A stretch of 64,000 nt of DNA from a virus: the IMG/VR virus record IMGVR_UViG_3300045988_166613, positions 87,720 through 151,719 of that record. One strand, written 5' to 3'. The notes beneath the pieces are model-generated. The model was not told the origin of the DNA. It made no database searches and was given only the letters and a program-made list of their open reading frames with translations. The position numbers and the translations under genes are program-made. Below, one piece after another: positions 37,146-47,696 of the stretch (position 1 is its first letter; each line of letters starts with the position of its first letter).

Positions 37146-37718
37146 ATGAAAATAGAAGATTTAAAAGTAGGAACAAAATTACAGGTTATTAAGAATTATA
37201 AAGGAAACGGGATTATGCTCAGACAAGGAGAAGTTATAAAAATTAAGAAGGTTTTAGAGGGTGAAACTTATTCTGTTTCAACTCCATATTATTATTCACC
37301 TATAGTTGTACCTAAAGAAGCTTTATTAGAATGTTGTGTGAGAATTGGATTTATAAAATGTGATGATGGATGGCGTGAAGAAATTTATGGAGCTATTTTT
37401 AATAAAGAAGCACGTAACAATGTCATTGGAAAAACTGTACCATTATCAGACAGACTATGTACAGACCAAGTACATGCTAACAGCATATCATCTAAGAAAA
37501 CCATTAATAGATCGAAATACAAAATTGAAATAAGCATTACTTTTGATGGTAAGAAATATACTATTGGTGATTTTGTAAGGGTTAAAGTCAATGAAGCTAA
37601 TTATTATGGTAAAATTAAAGAAATTAATACTACAACTATACAATTAGCTAAATTATCTTCAAAGGGTAAATATACTATAGAATTAGATGGAATAGCTGAA
37701 ATGGAGAATATAGGCTAG
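37146..37718 (+). CDS. hypothetical protein
   Basis: SD AAGGAGAG upstream. No recognisable motif. Confidence 0.6.
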   Translation: MKIEDLKVGTKLQVIKNYKGNGIMLRQGEVIKIKKVLEGETYSVSTPYYYSPIVVPKEALLECCVRIGFIKCDDGWREEIYGAIFNKEARNNVIGKTVPLSDRLCTDQVHANSISSKKTINRSKYKIEISITFDGKKYTIGDFVRVKVNEANYYGKIKEINTTTIQLAKLSSKGKYTIELDGIAEMENIG

Positions 37719-37766
37719 TTTGAGGACTATTATACCAAGGATAAATAATTCATTTACAAAAAAAAT

Positions 37767-37818
37767 GTTAAAATAAATTAAATAATTGATTGACAAGTTA
37801 AACTAAAAGTAATATAAT
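37767..37818 (+). promoter_or_regulatory. AT-rich box + consensus sigmaA promoter
   Basis: GTTAAAATAAATTAAATAATTGA is fused to TTGACA-N17-TATAAT. Confidence 0.75.
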
Positions 37819-37910
37819 TAATATTGTCGAAGGACATAAGATAAAAACCTTAAAAAAGAAAGGTGTGGTTATCTTGATTGTATGAGAGATAATTTAAAAC
37901 AAAAACTTAT

Positions 37911-37938
37911 CTTAAAATAAATTAAAGAATTAAACAAA
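37911..37938 (+). repeat. AT-rich box copy inside the ssb-like leader
   Basis: Part of the 33-nt sequence at 37906-37938, which is identical to 38962-38994. Confidence 0.65.
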
Positions 37939-37970
37939 GAAATAAAAGATTAAAAGGAGCGATTTTTATT

Positions 37971-38918
37971 ATGGAAAACAGAACAGCAATGAACAAGGTA
38001 GAATTAGTAGGAGTAGTTAAAGAACATCAATTAAAAGAAGGTAAAAGTGATAATGGAAAATACATAAATGGATCATTAGTAGTAGCTTGTGGAGAAGCTG
38101 AAGTAAAATTAAAAGTTTATGTTGGTGAAAAAACAAAAGAAGGAAAAGTAAAAAAATCTTATGAAACATTAAATAAATTTATAAAAGAAGAATACCTAAC
38201 AATGGCTAAAGATAAAGATGAAGCAGCAGTAATAAGAGTATATGGATCAGGAGATTTCACACCACAATTTAGAGAGGAGCTATTTGTTCCAGAGAACGGA
38301 AAAGAGTGTAAATCAGTTATCTCAGTAGACTTAGGTTTTGGAAATATTTATGTTGATGAAAACAACAAAATAAAAGAAGAAGATTATAAAGCAACATTTG
38401 ATATAGAAATGTATGTTCAAGAAATAGAAGAAGAAGTTAAGAAAAATGGTGATGATGAAGAAGAAACAGGAAGAGTTAAGATTAAAGGATGTGTACCTTG
38501 CTATGGAGGTAAAGCTTTCCCAATAACTTTAATAGCTGGTACAGTGGTAGATGAAGAAGGTGAGTTCGATTTTGCAGAACAAATCAGAGAAAATGTTAGC
38601 GAAGGAGATTCAATGAATTTCTGGGGAGATATAAATTACATAAGCATATTAGAAAAGAAAAAGAAGGGTGGTTCATTAGGTAGAGCCAAAGTCGAAGAAA
38701 AAAGAACTACAATACATGAGCTTGTTGCTACAGGTGGGGAAGTCTTAGATGATGAAAAAGAATGGGAAGAAGAAGCAATAGAAAAAGCATTAAAAGAAAG
38801 AGCAATAGATATAAAAGAAAAAGAGGACAAGGCTAAACAAGAAAGTTCAAAAGGAACAGGATTAAGAGGTGGAAAAGATAAAGCAGAAAAGACTGAAAGA
38901 AGAAGACCTAAATTCTAA
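37971..38918 (+). CDS. single-stranded DNA-binding protein (OB-fold N-terminus, long charged tail)
   Basis: N-terminal 'NKVELVGVVKEH...NGSLVV' fits an SSB-type OB strand pattern. Very acidic/basic tail ending 'RRRPKF'. Sits at the head of the replication module. Confidence 0.55.
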   Translation: MENRTAMNKVELVGVVKEHQLKEGKSDNGKYINGSLVVACGEAEVKLKVYVGEKTKEGKVKKSYETLNKFIKEEYLTMAKDKDEAAVIRVYGSGDFTPQFREELFVPENGKECKSVISVDLGFGNIYVDENNKIKEEDYKATFDIEMYVQEIEEEVKKNGDDEEETGRVKIKGCVPCYGGKAFPITLIAGTVVDEEGEFDFAEQIRENVSEGDSMNFWGDINYISILEKKKKGGSLGRAKVEEKRTTIHELVATGGEVLDDEKEWEEEAIEKALKERAIDIKEKEDKAKQESSKGTGLRGGKDKAEKTERRRPKF

Positions 38919-38935
38919 TAAATACATAAAATAGT

Positions 38936-38966
38936 ATAAGGAAGGTTTTAATATCTCCTTCCTTAT
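38936..38966 (+). terminator. terminator-like hairpin
   Basis: ATAAGGAAGG/CCTTCCTTAT: perfect 10-bp stem with an 11-nt loop. Confidence 0.5.
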
Positions 38967-38994
38967 CTTAAAATAAATTAAAGAATTAAACAAA
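38967..38994 (+). repeat. AT-rich intergenic box, stand-alone copy
   Basis: CTTAAAATAAATTAAAGAATTAAACAAA. Belongs to the 33-nt perfect direct repeat at 38962-38994. Confidence 0.65.
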
Positions 38995-39031
38995 ATTTAA
39001 AAATATATAAGATTAAAGGAGAGAAATACAT

Positions 39032-40057
39032 ATGTTATCAAATGAATTACAAACATTATTTAATAAAGAATTTAAAGGTGAAGCAAAAGTTTCTAAACTG
39101 TCAGCAGATTTAAGAGGAAAAGTTATAGTAGTCTATGGAAGTAATAACTTAGGAAAAACTTTACAAGCTTCAAGAATGAAAAACCCAGTATTTATGCCAT
39201 TTGAAAAAGGAATGAACGGTGTACATGGTGCTATGGTGTTAACCACTAGAAGTTGGAGTCAAGCGAGAAAACATGCTAAAAAGTTAGCAGGTAAAAACTT
39301 TGTAAAATTACTACAACAGGGCGAACAAATTACCCTTATTATTGATGGTATAGAAAATGTCGGAAGATATTGTAGAGAATATGTAGCTAGTAAATATGAT
39401 GCTAGAGACATAGCAAGTGCTAAGGGCGGATATGGTGCTTGGCAACCATATGAAGATGAAATGCACAGTTGGGTAGATAGTATTATTTCTCTTGGATATA
39501 CAGTTATGTTCTTAGGTCATGAATCTTATGATAAAGATAAAGATAAATACACTATAAAAGGAGATAAAAGAAACATTGATCCAATTAAAGATAATGCTGA
39601 TATAGTTATTTACCTACAATCAAATGGTGTAGATGAAAATGGAAATGAGATACCTTCAAGTGGATATTTAGCAGAAACAAAAGATTTCTTTGCTAGAAGT
39701 AGATTTACATGTATGGATACAGTTATTCCAGAATATACAGCAGAGAATCTTGAAAAAGTAATTGTAGAAGGGATTCAAAGAGAGATAGATGAAAAAGGAT
39801 TAGAAAGTGTGTCTTTTGATGAACAACAAGAAATATATGAAACAGAAGATATGTCACTAGAAGAGATCAAGGAAGCAATAAAAGAGAAATACTTAGCTTT
39901 AGAAGAAATAGGGGAAGAAGAATTAGATAAATACGGTGAAATTGTAGAAGAACATTTAGGAGATGTTACTGTTAGTGAAGCTACAAGCAAGCAATTAGAA
40001 GCATTAAAGTGTATATTAGATGATCTTGAGGATTTATTAGAGGAATTAGAAGAATAG
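39032..40057 (+). CDS. Sak4-like (AAA_24/RecA-fold) recombination ATPase
   Basis: 'GKVIVVYGSNNLGKTLQA' Walker A in the Sak4 context, 'LIIDGIEN' Walker B, acidic C-terminal tail. Confidence 0.6.
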   Translation: MLSNELQTLFNKEFKGEAKVSKLSADLRGKVIVVYGSNNLGKTLQASRMKNPVFMPFEKGMNGVHGAMVLTTRSWSQARKHAKKLAGKNFVKLLQQGEQITLIIDGIENVGRYCREYVASKYDARDIASAKGGYGAWQPYEDEMHSWVDSIISLGYTVMFLGHESYDKDKDKYTIKGDKRNIDPIKDNADIVIYLQSNGVDENGNEIPSSGYLAETKDFFARSRFTCMDTVIPEYTAENLEKVIVEGIQREIDEKGLESVSFDEQQEIYETEDMSLEEIKEAIKEKYLALEEIGEEELDKYGEIVEEHLGDVTVSEATSKQLEALKCILDDLEDLLEELEE

Positions 40058-40060
40058 GTG

Positions 40061-40088
40061 ATAGGGGCTATTTAGCCTCTATTTCATT
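40061..40088 (+). terminator. terminator-like hairpin
   Basis: ATAGGGGCT/AGCCTCTAT: 9-bp stem (one G.U) with a 4-nt loop, followed by TTCATT. Confidence 0.45.
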
Positions 40089-40105
40089 AAAAAGGGGAGA
40101 GAAGA

Positions 40106-40585
40106 TTGAGCTTAGTAAAATGTCCAAAATGTGGTACTAAAAATGAAAAAGAAAATACAATAAAACATGGTAAAAGTTATTATTGCTTAAAATGTTTTGA
40201 AGATTTAGAGGAATATAAAGATTTAATATCAACAATATGTGAAATTTATAGAATTAAATCTCCTACTAGTCAAATGGTGAGTCAAATTAAAGATTATAAA
40301 GATAAATATAATTTCACTAACTCTGGTATTAAATACACTCTTAAATTTTATTATGAAATATTAGAGAATTCTGTAATGGATAATGTAGGTTTGGGAATAG
40401 TTCCCTATTTTTATGATAAAGCAAAAAATTATTACAAAAATAGATTTGATTTAGAAGAAAAAGCAGAGCTATTTGTTAATCAAGAAAAGATTAAAACATT
40501 TAAGGTAAGTAACAATAACAAGCAAGAATTTAAACGTCATGAGTTAAATATAGACATTGATTGGAGTGAAATAGATGAAGAGTAG
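40106..40585 (+). CDS. zinc-ribbon protein (possible replication accessory/loader)
   Basis: TTG start follows AAAGGGGAGAG. 'KCPKCG...YYCLKCF'. Overlaps the dnaB-like start. Confidence 0.5.
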   Translation: MSLVKCPKCGTKNEKENTIKHGKSYYCLKCFEDLEEYKDLISTICEIYRIKSPTSQMVSQIKDYKDKYNFTNSGIKYTLKFYYEILENSVMDNVGLGIVPYFYDKAKNYYKNRFDLEEKAELFVNQEKIKTFKVSNNNKQEFKRHELNIDIDWSEIDEE

Positions 40586-42140
40586 TAGACAAAGTAAATT
40601 AATAAAAAAATATTATGATAATAGAGCTTCAATGCAGATTTTAGGTTGTTTAATGCAGCAACCTCAGTTAATAAAATCAAGAAAATATAAATTAAGTGAG
40701 TTAGATTTTATTACTCCATATCACAAGACTTTGTTTTTAACTATATATAATTTAGCTATACAAGGTGCTGAAGAAATAACTTTAGCAGATGTAGAAACAT
40801 ATTTACATAATTCAAGACCAATAGACTACGCTCAAATATTTGAAAAAGATTTTGATGGAGTAGAATGGATTGTAGGTTTAAAAGAGGATTCTAATCTAGC
40901 TAATTTTGATTACTATTATAATACGGTAATTAAAATGTCTATACTAAGAAGCAAAATTGAATCTGGTACAGATGTAGGGGATATTTTAGATAAGAATGAA
41001 CTAGACGCTAATATAACAAGTGGACAATTAGAAAGATTAGATAATATGTCTATTAAAGATTTATTAGAGTATTTCGACAAAAAAAACTTAGAATCTAAGA
41101 AAAGGTTTATAGTAGAAGAAGATGAAACTGATAGAAAATGTGGAGACAATGCAGAGGAATTAAGAGAACAATTAAAACAAGAACCCAATTTTGGTTTTCC
41201 TTTAGAAAGTGAATATTTTAATACTATAACTAGAGGATGGAGAAGAAAAGGTTTTTATCTTGAAACTAGAGATAGTGGAATGGGAAAAACAAGAGTAGCT
41301 ATTAAAAGATTATTACAAATAACAGCGGAAGAGATTTGGGACTTTGAAATTAAAGATTTTAAAAAGAATGAAGCAGCAATAGGAAATAGTGCTTTGTATA
41401 TTGGTACAGAAATGGATACTTATGAAGAAATCGAACCTATGATGTGGGCTTTTGTATCAGGTGTAGATGAAGATAGAATCAGAATGAATGAGTTAACAGA
41501 GGAAGAAGAGGAAAGAGTTGATAAAGCTATTCAAATACTAAAGAAAACTAAGTTATTTTTAATAGATGAAGAAGATTATGATATTACATATTTATGGTAT
41601 AAAGTTGAACAGTATGTTACTGAATATAATATTTGTGCAGTTGCATTGGATTACATAGAATTAAATAATGCTTTGGTATCTGAGTTTATACAAGAAACTA
41701 GAGGTATGGGAGCTAGAGAAGATCAAGTCTTATTAAACTTATCAAGAAACATAAAAAATATAGCTAAAAAATTTAATGTTGCGTTCTTTTCTTTTACCCA
41801 AACTACCGATGAAGCTAGAAGAGATAACATAAGAGATCAAAGAGCGGTAAAGGGGGCTAGAAGTTTACCTAACAAAGCTGATGTTGGTTTAGTTACTTTT
41901 GAACCCACAAAAAAAGAATTAGACTTAATAGAACCTATATTAGAACAATTAGAAAGAAGAAATGGATTAATTGAGGGGAAAGTACCTAATGTATGCTATT
42001 CTTTCTATAAAAATAGAGGAGGAAGAATTAAAAACGTTAAGATTTGGGGTTATCAGAATTTAGGTAATATGCGTTTTATAGATATGTTTTGTACAGACCA
42101 CAAATACACACAAATTAATATAGATAGATATAGAAATTAA
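40575..42140 (+). CDS. DnaB-like replicative helicase
   Basis: DnaB N-domain pattern 'ASMQILGCLMQQPQL'. RecA-like core with 'RDSGMGKTR' (Walker A) and 'AVALDYIE' (Walker B). Confidence 0.75.
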   Translation: MKSSRQSKLIKKYYDNRASMQILGCLMQQPQLIKSRKYKLSELDFITPYHKTLFLTIYNLAIQGAEEITLADVETYLHNSRPIDYAQIFEKDFDGVEWIVGLKEDSNLANFDYYYNTVIKMSILRSKIESGTDVGDILDKNELDANITSGQLERLDNMSIKDLLEYFDKKNLESKKRFIVEEDETDRKCGDNAEELREQLKQEPNFGFPLESEYFNTITRGWRRKGFYLETRDSGMGKTRVAIKRLLQITAEEIWDFEIKDFKKNEAAIGNSALYIGTEMDTYEEIEPMMWAFVSGVDEDRIRMNELTEEEEERVDKAIQILKKTKLFLIDEEDYDITYLWYKVEQYVTEYNICAVALDYIELNNALVSEFIQETRGMGAREDQVLLNLSRNIKNIAKKFNVAFFSFTQTTDEARRDNIRDQRAVKGARSLPNKADVGLVTFEPTKKELDLIEPILEQLERRNGLIEGKVPNVCYSFYKNRGGRIKNVKIWGYQNLGNMRFIDMFCTDHKYTQINIDRYRN

Positions 42141-42162
42141 AGGGAGGATGAGAATGAAATAG

Positions 42163-43302
42163 ATGGATAGGGATGAATTACTAAAAGAAATCACTACAGA
42201 AGATGTAAAAAAGATAATGAAAGATCTGGGAAGTAATGAACCTATTCCAGATAAACAAGGTAATCTTCGTTTTCAAACAATATGTCATTGTGGGGAGAAG
42301 CATAAACTATGGTTTTATCCAGATACTAAAAGTTTCATGTGTTATACAAACTGTGGTTCTATGAGCTTATATGACTTAATATCACAAGTAAAATGTTGTG
42401 AGTTTTCAGAAGCTTTTAAATATGTAGCTGATATTAAGGGAATAGATTTACATAAAAAAAGAAGTATAGGATTAAAGATACATACTGATAACACAGATTT
42501 AGAAATATTAAAAAAACATACCTTTCATAATACAAAAAAAGAAATCAAACAATTACCTTCTTTTAATGAGAATGTATTGAGTATATTTGATAATTATTAT
42601 CCTGATGAATGGGAAAAAGAAGGAATTCATGAAGATATAGCTGATTATTTTGGTATTAAATTTTATTTTAACCAATTCAAATGTATTATTCCCCATAGAG
42701 ATATTTATGGTTCTTTAGTAGGGATAAGAGGTAGAAATTTTTTTCAGAGAGAAATTGAACAAGGTAAAAAATATATACCAGTTACAATACAAGGATTAAC
42801 TTATCGTTATCCAACAGCAATGAATTTATATGGTATTTATCAAAACCAAAATAATATTAGAAAAACGAGAAAAGTAATTTTATTTGAGAGTGAAAAATCG
42901 GTTCTTAAATATGGGAGTATTTATGGTCAAAATAATAATATTAGTTTGGCAACAATGTCAATGAATTTTACTTTGCAACAAAGAGATTTAATTCTTTACT
43001 TAGGTGTAGATGAGGTTATATTGGCTTGGGATAAACAATATAGGCTAGAATATCTGAAACCAGAATATAAGAATACTAAAGAATATAAAGAATTTGTTCA
43101 ATATATTAAAAAAATAAAAAAAGTAGTGTCATTGCTAATTAACTATTGTAATGTATCAGTTATCTTTTGTTGGGATGACCGTATAGACTACAAAGATGCT
43201 CCTATAGATAAAGGACAAGATATTTTTGAAGAATTGTTAAATGAAAGATTCTTAATAGAATCTACGGATGAATTAGAAGAGGAGATTTTAGATGCAATAT
43301 AA
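42163..43302 (+). CDS. DNA primase (CHC2 zinc finger + TOPRIM)
   Basis: 'CHCGEKHKLWFYPDTKSFMCYTNCG' is a DnaG-type Zn finger. TOPRIM-like 'ILFESEKSVL'. Confidence 0.7.
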   Translation: MDRDELLKEITTEDVKKIMKDLGSNEPIPDKQGNLRFQTICHCGEKHKLWFYPDTKSFMCYTNCGSMSLYDLISQVKCCEFSEAFKYVADIKGIDLHKKRSIGLKIHTDNTDLEILKKHTFHNTKKEIKQLPSFNENVLSIFDNYYPDEWEKEGIHEDIADYFGIKFYFNQFKCIIPHRDIYGSLVGIRGRNFFQREIEQGKKYIPVTIQGLTYRYPTAMNLYGIYQNQNNIRKTRKVILFESEKSVLKYGSIYGQNNNISLATMSMNFTLQQRDLILYLGVDEVILAWDKQYRLEYLKPEYKNTKEYKEFVQYIKKIKKVVSLLINYCNVSVIFCWDDRIDYKDAPIDKGQDIFEELLNERFLIESTDELEEEILDAI

Positions 43303-45076
43303 AGTTATAAATAAAAATAAAGATTGTTTAAATAATGATAATTTATTATATACATTATTACAACAGAGGGGTGTAAAAGATCCTAATAAATTAATGAATT
43401 TAGATAGTGATTGTGTTTATGATGGAATGCTATTAAATAACATGGATAGAGGACTAAATATGTTATATTGGCATTTAACAAATGGAAGTAAAATACACGT
43501 AATAGATGATAGTGATTTTGATGGTTATTCTTCAGCAGCTTCATGTATAAATTACATAAGAGATATTGGTTTTAATAACGATATAACTTTTTCAATCCAT
43601 AAAAACAAAGAGCATGGAATTATACTTAATAGATTAAAAGATTATGAATTCGATTTATTGATTGTACCTGATGCTGGTAGTAGTGATATGGAACAATGTA
43701 AAGAATTAAAAGATAAAGATATTCTTATATTAGATCACCATAATTTTAATCCTTTAGATTGGAAAGATATTGATAATACTATAATTATTAATTGTCAAGA
43801 TGGGATTTATCCCAACAATACATTATCAGGTGTAGGAGTTGTTTATAAATTTCTAAAAGAATTTGATAAAAAATATGGATTTAATAAAGCTGATAATTAT
43901 TTAGATTTAGCTGCACTTGGAATGATAGCAGATGATATGGATTTAAGAAATCCAGAAACAAGATATTTAGTATTAAATGGATTAAATAAAATAAATGAAG
44001 GTAATTGTAATTTATTTATCAAAGAGATAATGAGTAAAAATAACCTAGACAAGCTTAATATTTTAGATGTTGGTTGGAAAATAGCCCCACTAATTAATGG
44101 CGTTGTAAGAATGGGGACGCTAGAAGAAAAAACAGATGTTTTTAAGGCTTTTATTAACACAAAAGAAGATAGAGAATATCAACCTAGAAAAAAGAAAGGC
44201 GAAAAAGAAAAGCCTCCTATAGAATTACAATCCTTACAAAAATATATGGCAAGAGAAATTAAAAATATAAAAGGTAGACAAGATAGGTTAGTAAAAAAAG
44301 GCGTAGAGTTAGTAGATAATAAAATCAACGAAGAAAAATTAGACGCTAATAAAATGATAATAGTTGATATTACACAAGAATTAGAAAAAACTTTTACTGG
44401 ATTGGTTGCTAACAAATTAGCAAGTACATATAAAAGACCTGTAATACTACTTAGACAAAAAGAAAGCGATACTTATGGAGGTAGTGGAAGAAATTATAAA
44501 TTATCTTCTATTGAAAGTCTCCAAGAATTCCTAAATAATACTAAATTATTTAATTGGATTAATGGACATGACAACGCTTTTGGTTTCAACATAAATAAAA
44601 GTAATATAAACAATTTAGTACAAACAACCAATAATTTACTAAAAGATATGAAAATAGAAGATTGTTATTGGGTTGATTATGAAATGCCTGTAGGTAGATT
44701 AAAACCTAAAAATATTATTGATATAGGTAAGTGGAAAGATGTATGGGGAAATACATTACAAGAACCACAATTTGCAATAACTGATATATATGTAAAACCA
44801 GAAGAAGTACAGCTTTTAGGTACTAAAAAGAACATTATCAAAATTAATAAAACTATTGGAGATAAAACAATAACCTTCATTAAATTTTTTGCTAATGAAA
44901 ATATATATAACAAGATGATTTTAAAATCAACTAGAGGTTTAAGTAAAAAAACTCCTAAAAAATTAAAGTTTAATATAATAGGTAAATTCAACATTAATGA
45001 ATGGGAGGGTAAAGAATATCCTCAAATAGAAATTATAGATTTTGAAGTGTCAGAAGGAAGAAAAATAGAATTTTAG
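43292..45076 (+). CDS. RecJ-like DHH-family ssDNA exonuclease
   Basis: DHH motifs 'DDSDFDGYSS', 'LIVPDAGS', 'LILDHHN' and the DHHA1-like 'NGHDNAFGF'. Confidence 0.75.
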   Translation: MQYKVINKNKDCLNNDNLLYTLLQQRGVKDPNKLMNLDSDCVYDGMLLNNMDRGLNMLYWHLTNGSKIHVIDDSDFDGYSSAASCINYIRDIGFNNDITFSIHKNKEHGIILNRLKDYEFDLLIVPDAGSSDMEQCKELKDKDILILDHHNFNPLDWKDIDNTIIINCQDGIYPNNTLSGVGVVYKFLKEFDKKYGFNKADNYLDLAALGMIADDMDLRNPETRYLVLNGLNKINEGNCNLFIKEIMSKNNLDKLNILDVGWKIAPLINGVVRMGTLEEKTDVFKAFINTKEDREYQPRKKKGEKEKPPIELQSLQKYMAREIKNIKGRQDRLVKKGVELVDNKINEEKLDANKMIIVDITQELEKTFTGLVANKLASTYKRPVILLRQKESDTYGGSGRNYKLSSIESLQEFLNNTKLFNWINGHDNAFGFNINKSNINNLVQTTNNLLKDMKIEDCYWVDYEMPVGRLKPKNIIDIGKWKDVWGNTLQEPQFAITDIYVKPEEVQLLGTKKNIIKINKTIGDKTITFIKFFANENIYNKMILKSTRGLSKKTPKKLKFNIIGKFNINEWEGKEYPQIEIIDFEVSEGRKIEF

Positions 45077-45088
45077 AGGTGAGACATA

Positions 45089-46528
45089 ATGCCGTTTTCA
45101 AAAGAATACATACAAAAACTACAAGAACATTTTGTTCATTTACATAACCATAGTGATTATAGTAACTTACGTTTATTAGACTCAATAAATAAAATAAAAG
45201 ATATGATTATATATGTTAGTAGCTTAGGACAAAAAGCATTGGCATTGACAGATCATGAGAGTTTAAGTGGACATATTGAATTCATATTAACAGTTGAAGA
45301 ATTGAAAAAAGAAGGTAAAATTCCTCAAGATTTTAAAGTTATTTTAGGTAATGAAATTTATTTAGTAGATGAAGAGACAATGAAAGAAGAAATAAATGAT
45401 AGTAATTCTACTTCTTTTTATCATTTTCTTTTATTAGCTAAGGATAATGAAGGACATAGAATGTTAAGAGAGTTATCTACTAGAGCTTGGTTAAGAATGT
45501 TTAATTTTAAAAACATGGATAGAGTACCTACATATTATTCAGATTTTGAAGAAGTGGTAGGAGATAACATAGGGCATTTAATAGGTTCTACAGCTTGTTT
45601 AGGAGGATATTTTCCTAGACTTGTTACCACTTTATTAAACACCGAAGATGAAATAATACAAGAAAACATAAAAGATGAAATAGATGACTTTATTATGTGG
45701 TGTATAGGAATTTTTGGACAAGATGATTTTTACATAGAATTACAACCTTCATTAAATCAAGAACAAATAGATTTCAACAATAAAGCAATTCAAATAGCAA
45801 AAGCCTATGGATTAAAACATATAATTACAACTGACTCACATTATTTAACATTGGATAATAAAAGTATCCATGAAGCTTACTTAACTTCTAATGAAGAAGG
45901 CAATAGTAATAGGGAAGTAGGAGAATTTTATCAATCTACACATTTCTTTACTATGGAAGATTTAATGAAAAATATGAGATATCTAGATGTTCAAGATTTT
46001 GAACAAGCTATTAATTATACATATGAAATACAAGATAAAGTAATAGGATATAATCTTGCTAACGATCAAGAGATTCCTTTAACCCCAATTCCTCCAAAGT
46101 CTACATGGAAAAAACATAAAGAATTATATGAATATGCTAAGGATTACGATAATGTACAAGCAATGATAGAAAGTGAGGATAATATTTATAATCAATATTT
46201 AATTAACTTAACTTTTAATGGAATAGAGAAAAGAATTAAAAATAAACAAGAATATAATCAAGTATTTGAAAGAATGAATATTGAATGTAAAGAATTATTG
46301 GGTATATCTGAAGCTAAACAACAACCTGTATCTGGATATTTCACTACAATGGAAAAAATAATTGATATTATTTGGAATGAAGCTGAAGCAATAGTTCCTC
46401 CAGGAAGAGGGAGTGCTGGTGGATATATTATTGATTATTTAGTTGGAATTACACAAGTAAACCCATTAAAACAAGGTGTAGAAATGCCTCATTTTAGATT
46501 CATTAGTGCTGAAAGACCAGATTACCCT
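45089..46528 (+). CDS. dnaE: DNA polymerase III alpha (DnaE-type), exon 1
   Basis: PHP domain 'FVHLHNHSDYSNLR...LTDHESLSG'. The exon ends ...ERPDYP. The track's extension to 46582 is intron read-through. Confidence 0.85.
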
Positions 46529-47696
46529 AAACAATATTGGGGATGGATGGTGAACCCTATCAAGGGGTGTATGGTGATATAATATTACCATGCTAACGGT
46601 ATCAGTTGAATAAGACTTCTATTCAAGCCTTACAAGGAGATAATAGATTAATTTTATAGACGAAGCAGCTGACTAAGAGAGCCTACGGTCTTTCGCAAGA
46701 TAGCAGGTGATACCGTGCCAAGTCTTATTTACTTCTATAATAACCCTTTAAAATAAGGGGGTAAATATTATGGATATTTATGGAATAATTTATATGACAA
46801 TTAATAATCTCAATGACAAAAAATATATTGGACAACATACCAATTTAAATGATAATTACTTAGGGAGTGGCACATTATTACAACGTGCAATTAAAAAATA
46901 TGGTGAGAATAATTTTAATAGAATTATTTTAGATTATGCTTTTTCTCAACAAGAATTAGATATAAAAGAAAAATGTTGGATTTCATTTTATCATGCAACC
47001 ACCAGAGAAGATTTCTATAATATACATGAAGGTGGAACTGGTGGTAATACTTGGGCTGGTAAAAGTGATTTAGAAAAGCTATCTTTTCGCATACGAATGA
47101 GTAAATTAACCAAAGGTATAAACAATGGTATGTATGGAAAGAAGCATACTGAGGAAACTAAACGAAAAATATCTATTAATAGGTTAATTAAAGATTATCC
47201 ATATTTTCATAGTGAAGAATTTAAAATAAAGATGAGTAAAGTTACTTCGGGCAGATTAAATGGTATGTATGGAAAGAAGCATAAAGATAAAAGTAAAATA
47301 TTAATGTCTATTAATAGTAAAGGTAAAACATTAGGTTCTAAAAATGGTATGTATAATAAAAAAGGTGAACAAGCTATTAATGGCAAGAAAGTTTATCAAT
47401 ATTTAGATCCAAATAAAAATAACTTAATTAATACTTTTAATACAGTTGGTTGTGCATTGAAGTATTTAGGAGTTGTGGGGCATAGTGGATTAAATAAAGC
47501 TATTAAAAATAATAAAAGATATAGAGGTTATTATTGGAGTAAATAAGAAAGGTGTAGAGACTATTCCGAGAGGAAGTAGGAAGGGAGATAGATACCCTTC
47601 CGAAGTGCCATCCCTACTTCAAGTAGAAGTAGAAGAGATAGTCCAGTCCGACTTTTAAATAAGTGTTAAAGTATTGCGAAAGCAACGGTGTAGTAG
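46529..47696 (+). mobile_element. group I intron carrying a GIY-YIG homing endonuclease
   Basis: Exon 1 ends in U (CCU) and the intron ends in G (..TAGTAG|GAT). Joining gives 'ERPDYP|DIDIDIP', the DnaE catalytic PDxDxD motif. GC-rich structured flanks share about 40 nt with the nrdD intron. Confidence 0.8.
46770..47546 (+). CDS. GIY-YIG homing endonuclease (intron-encoded)
   Basis: 'IYGIIYMTINNLNDKKYIGQH' is the GIY-(10)-YIG motif. Repeated NUMOD3-like 'NGMYGKKH.EE.K.KIS' modules. C-terminal 'YRGYYWSK'. Confidence 0.85.
   Translation: MDIYGIIYMTINNLNDKKYIGQHTNLNDNYLGSGTLLQRAIKKYGENNFNRIILDYAFSQQELDIKEKCWISFYHATTREDFYNIHEGGTGGNTWAGKSDLEKLSFRIRMSKLTKGINNGMYGKKHTEETKRKISINRLIKDYPYFHSEEFKIKMSKVTSGRLNGMYGKKHKDKSKILMSINSKGKTLGSKNGMYNKKGEQAINGKKVYQYLDPNKNNLINTFNTVGCALKYLGVVGHSGLNKAIKNNKRYRGYYWSK

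Noticed and set aside
46529-46582. Tail of the track ORF 45089..46582 ('KQYWGWMVNPIKGCMVI'), the two extra codons after 62002, and the 'M' start at 62292.
   Set aside because: These are read-through into, or initiation within, group I intron sequence. The conserved DnaE and NrdD motifs are restored only by splicing at 46528|47697 and 62002|62295.
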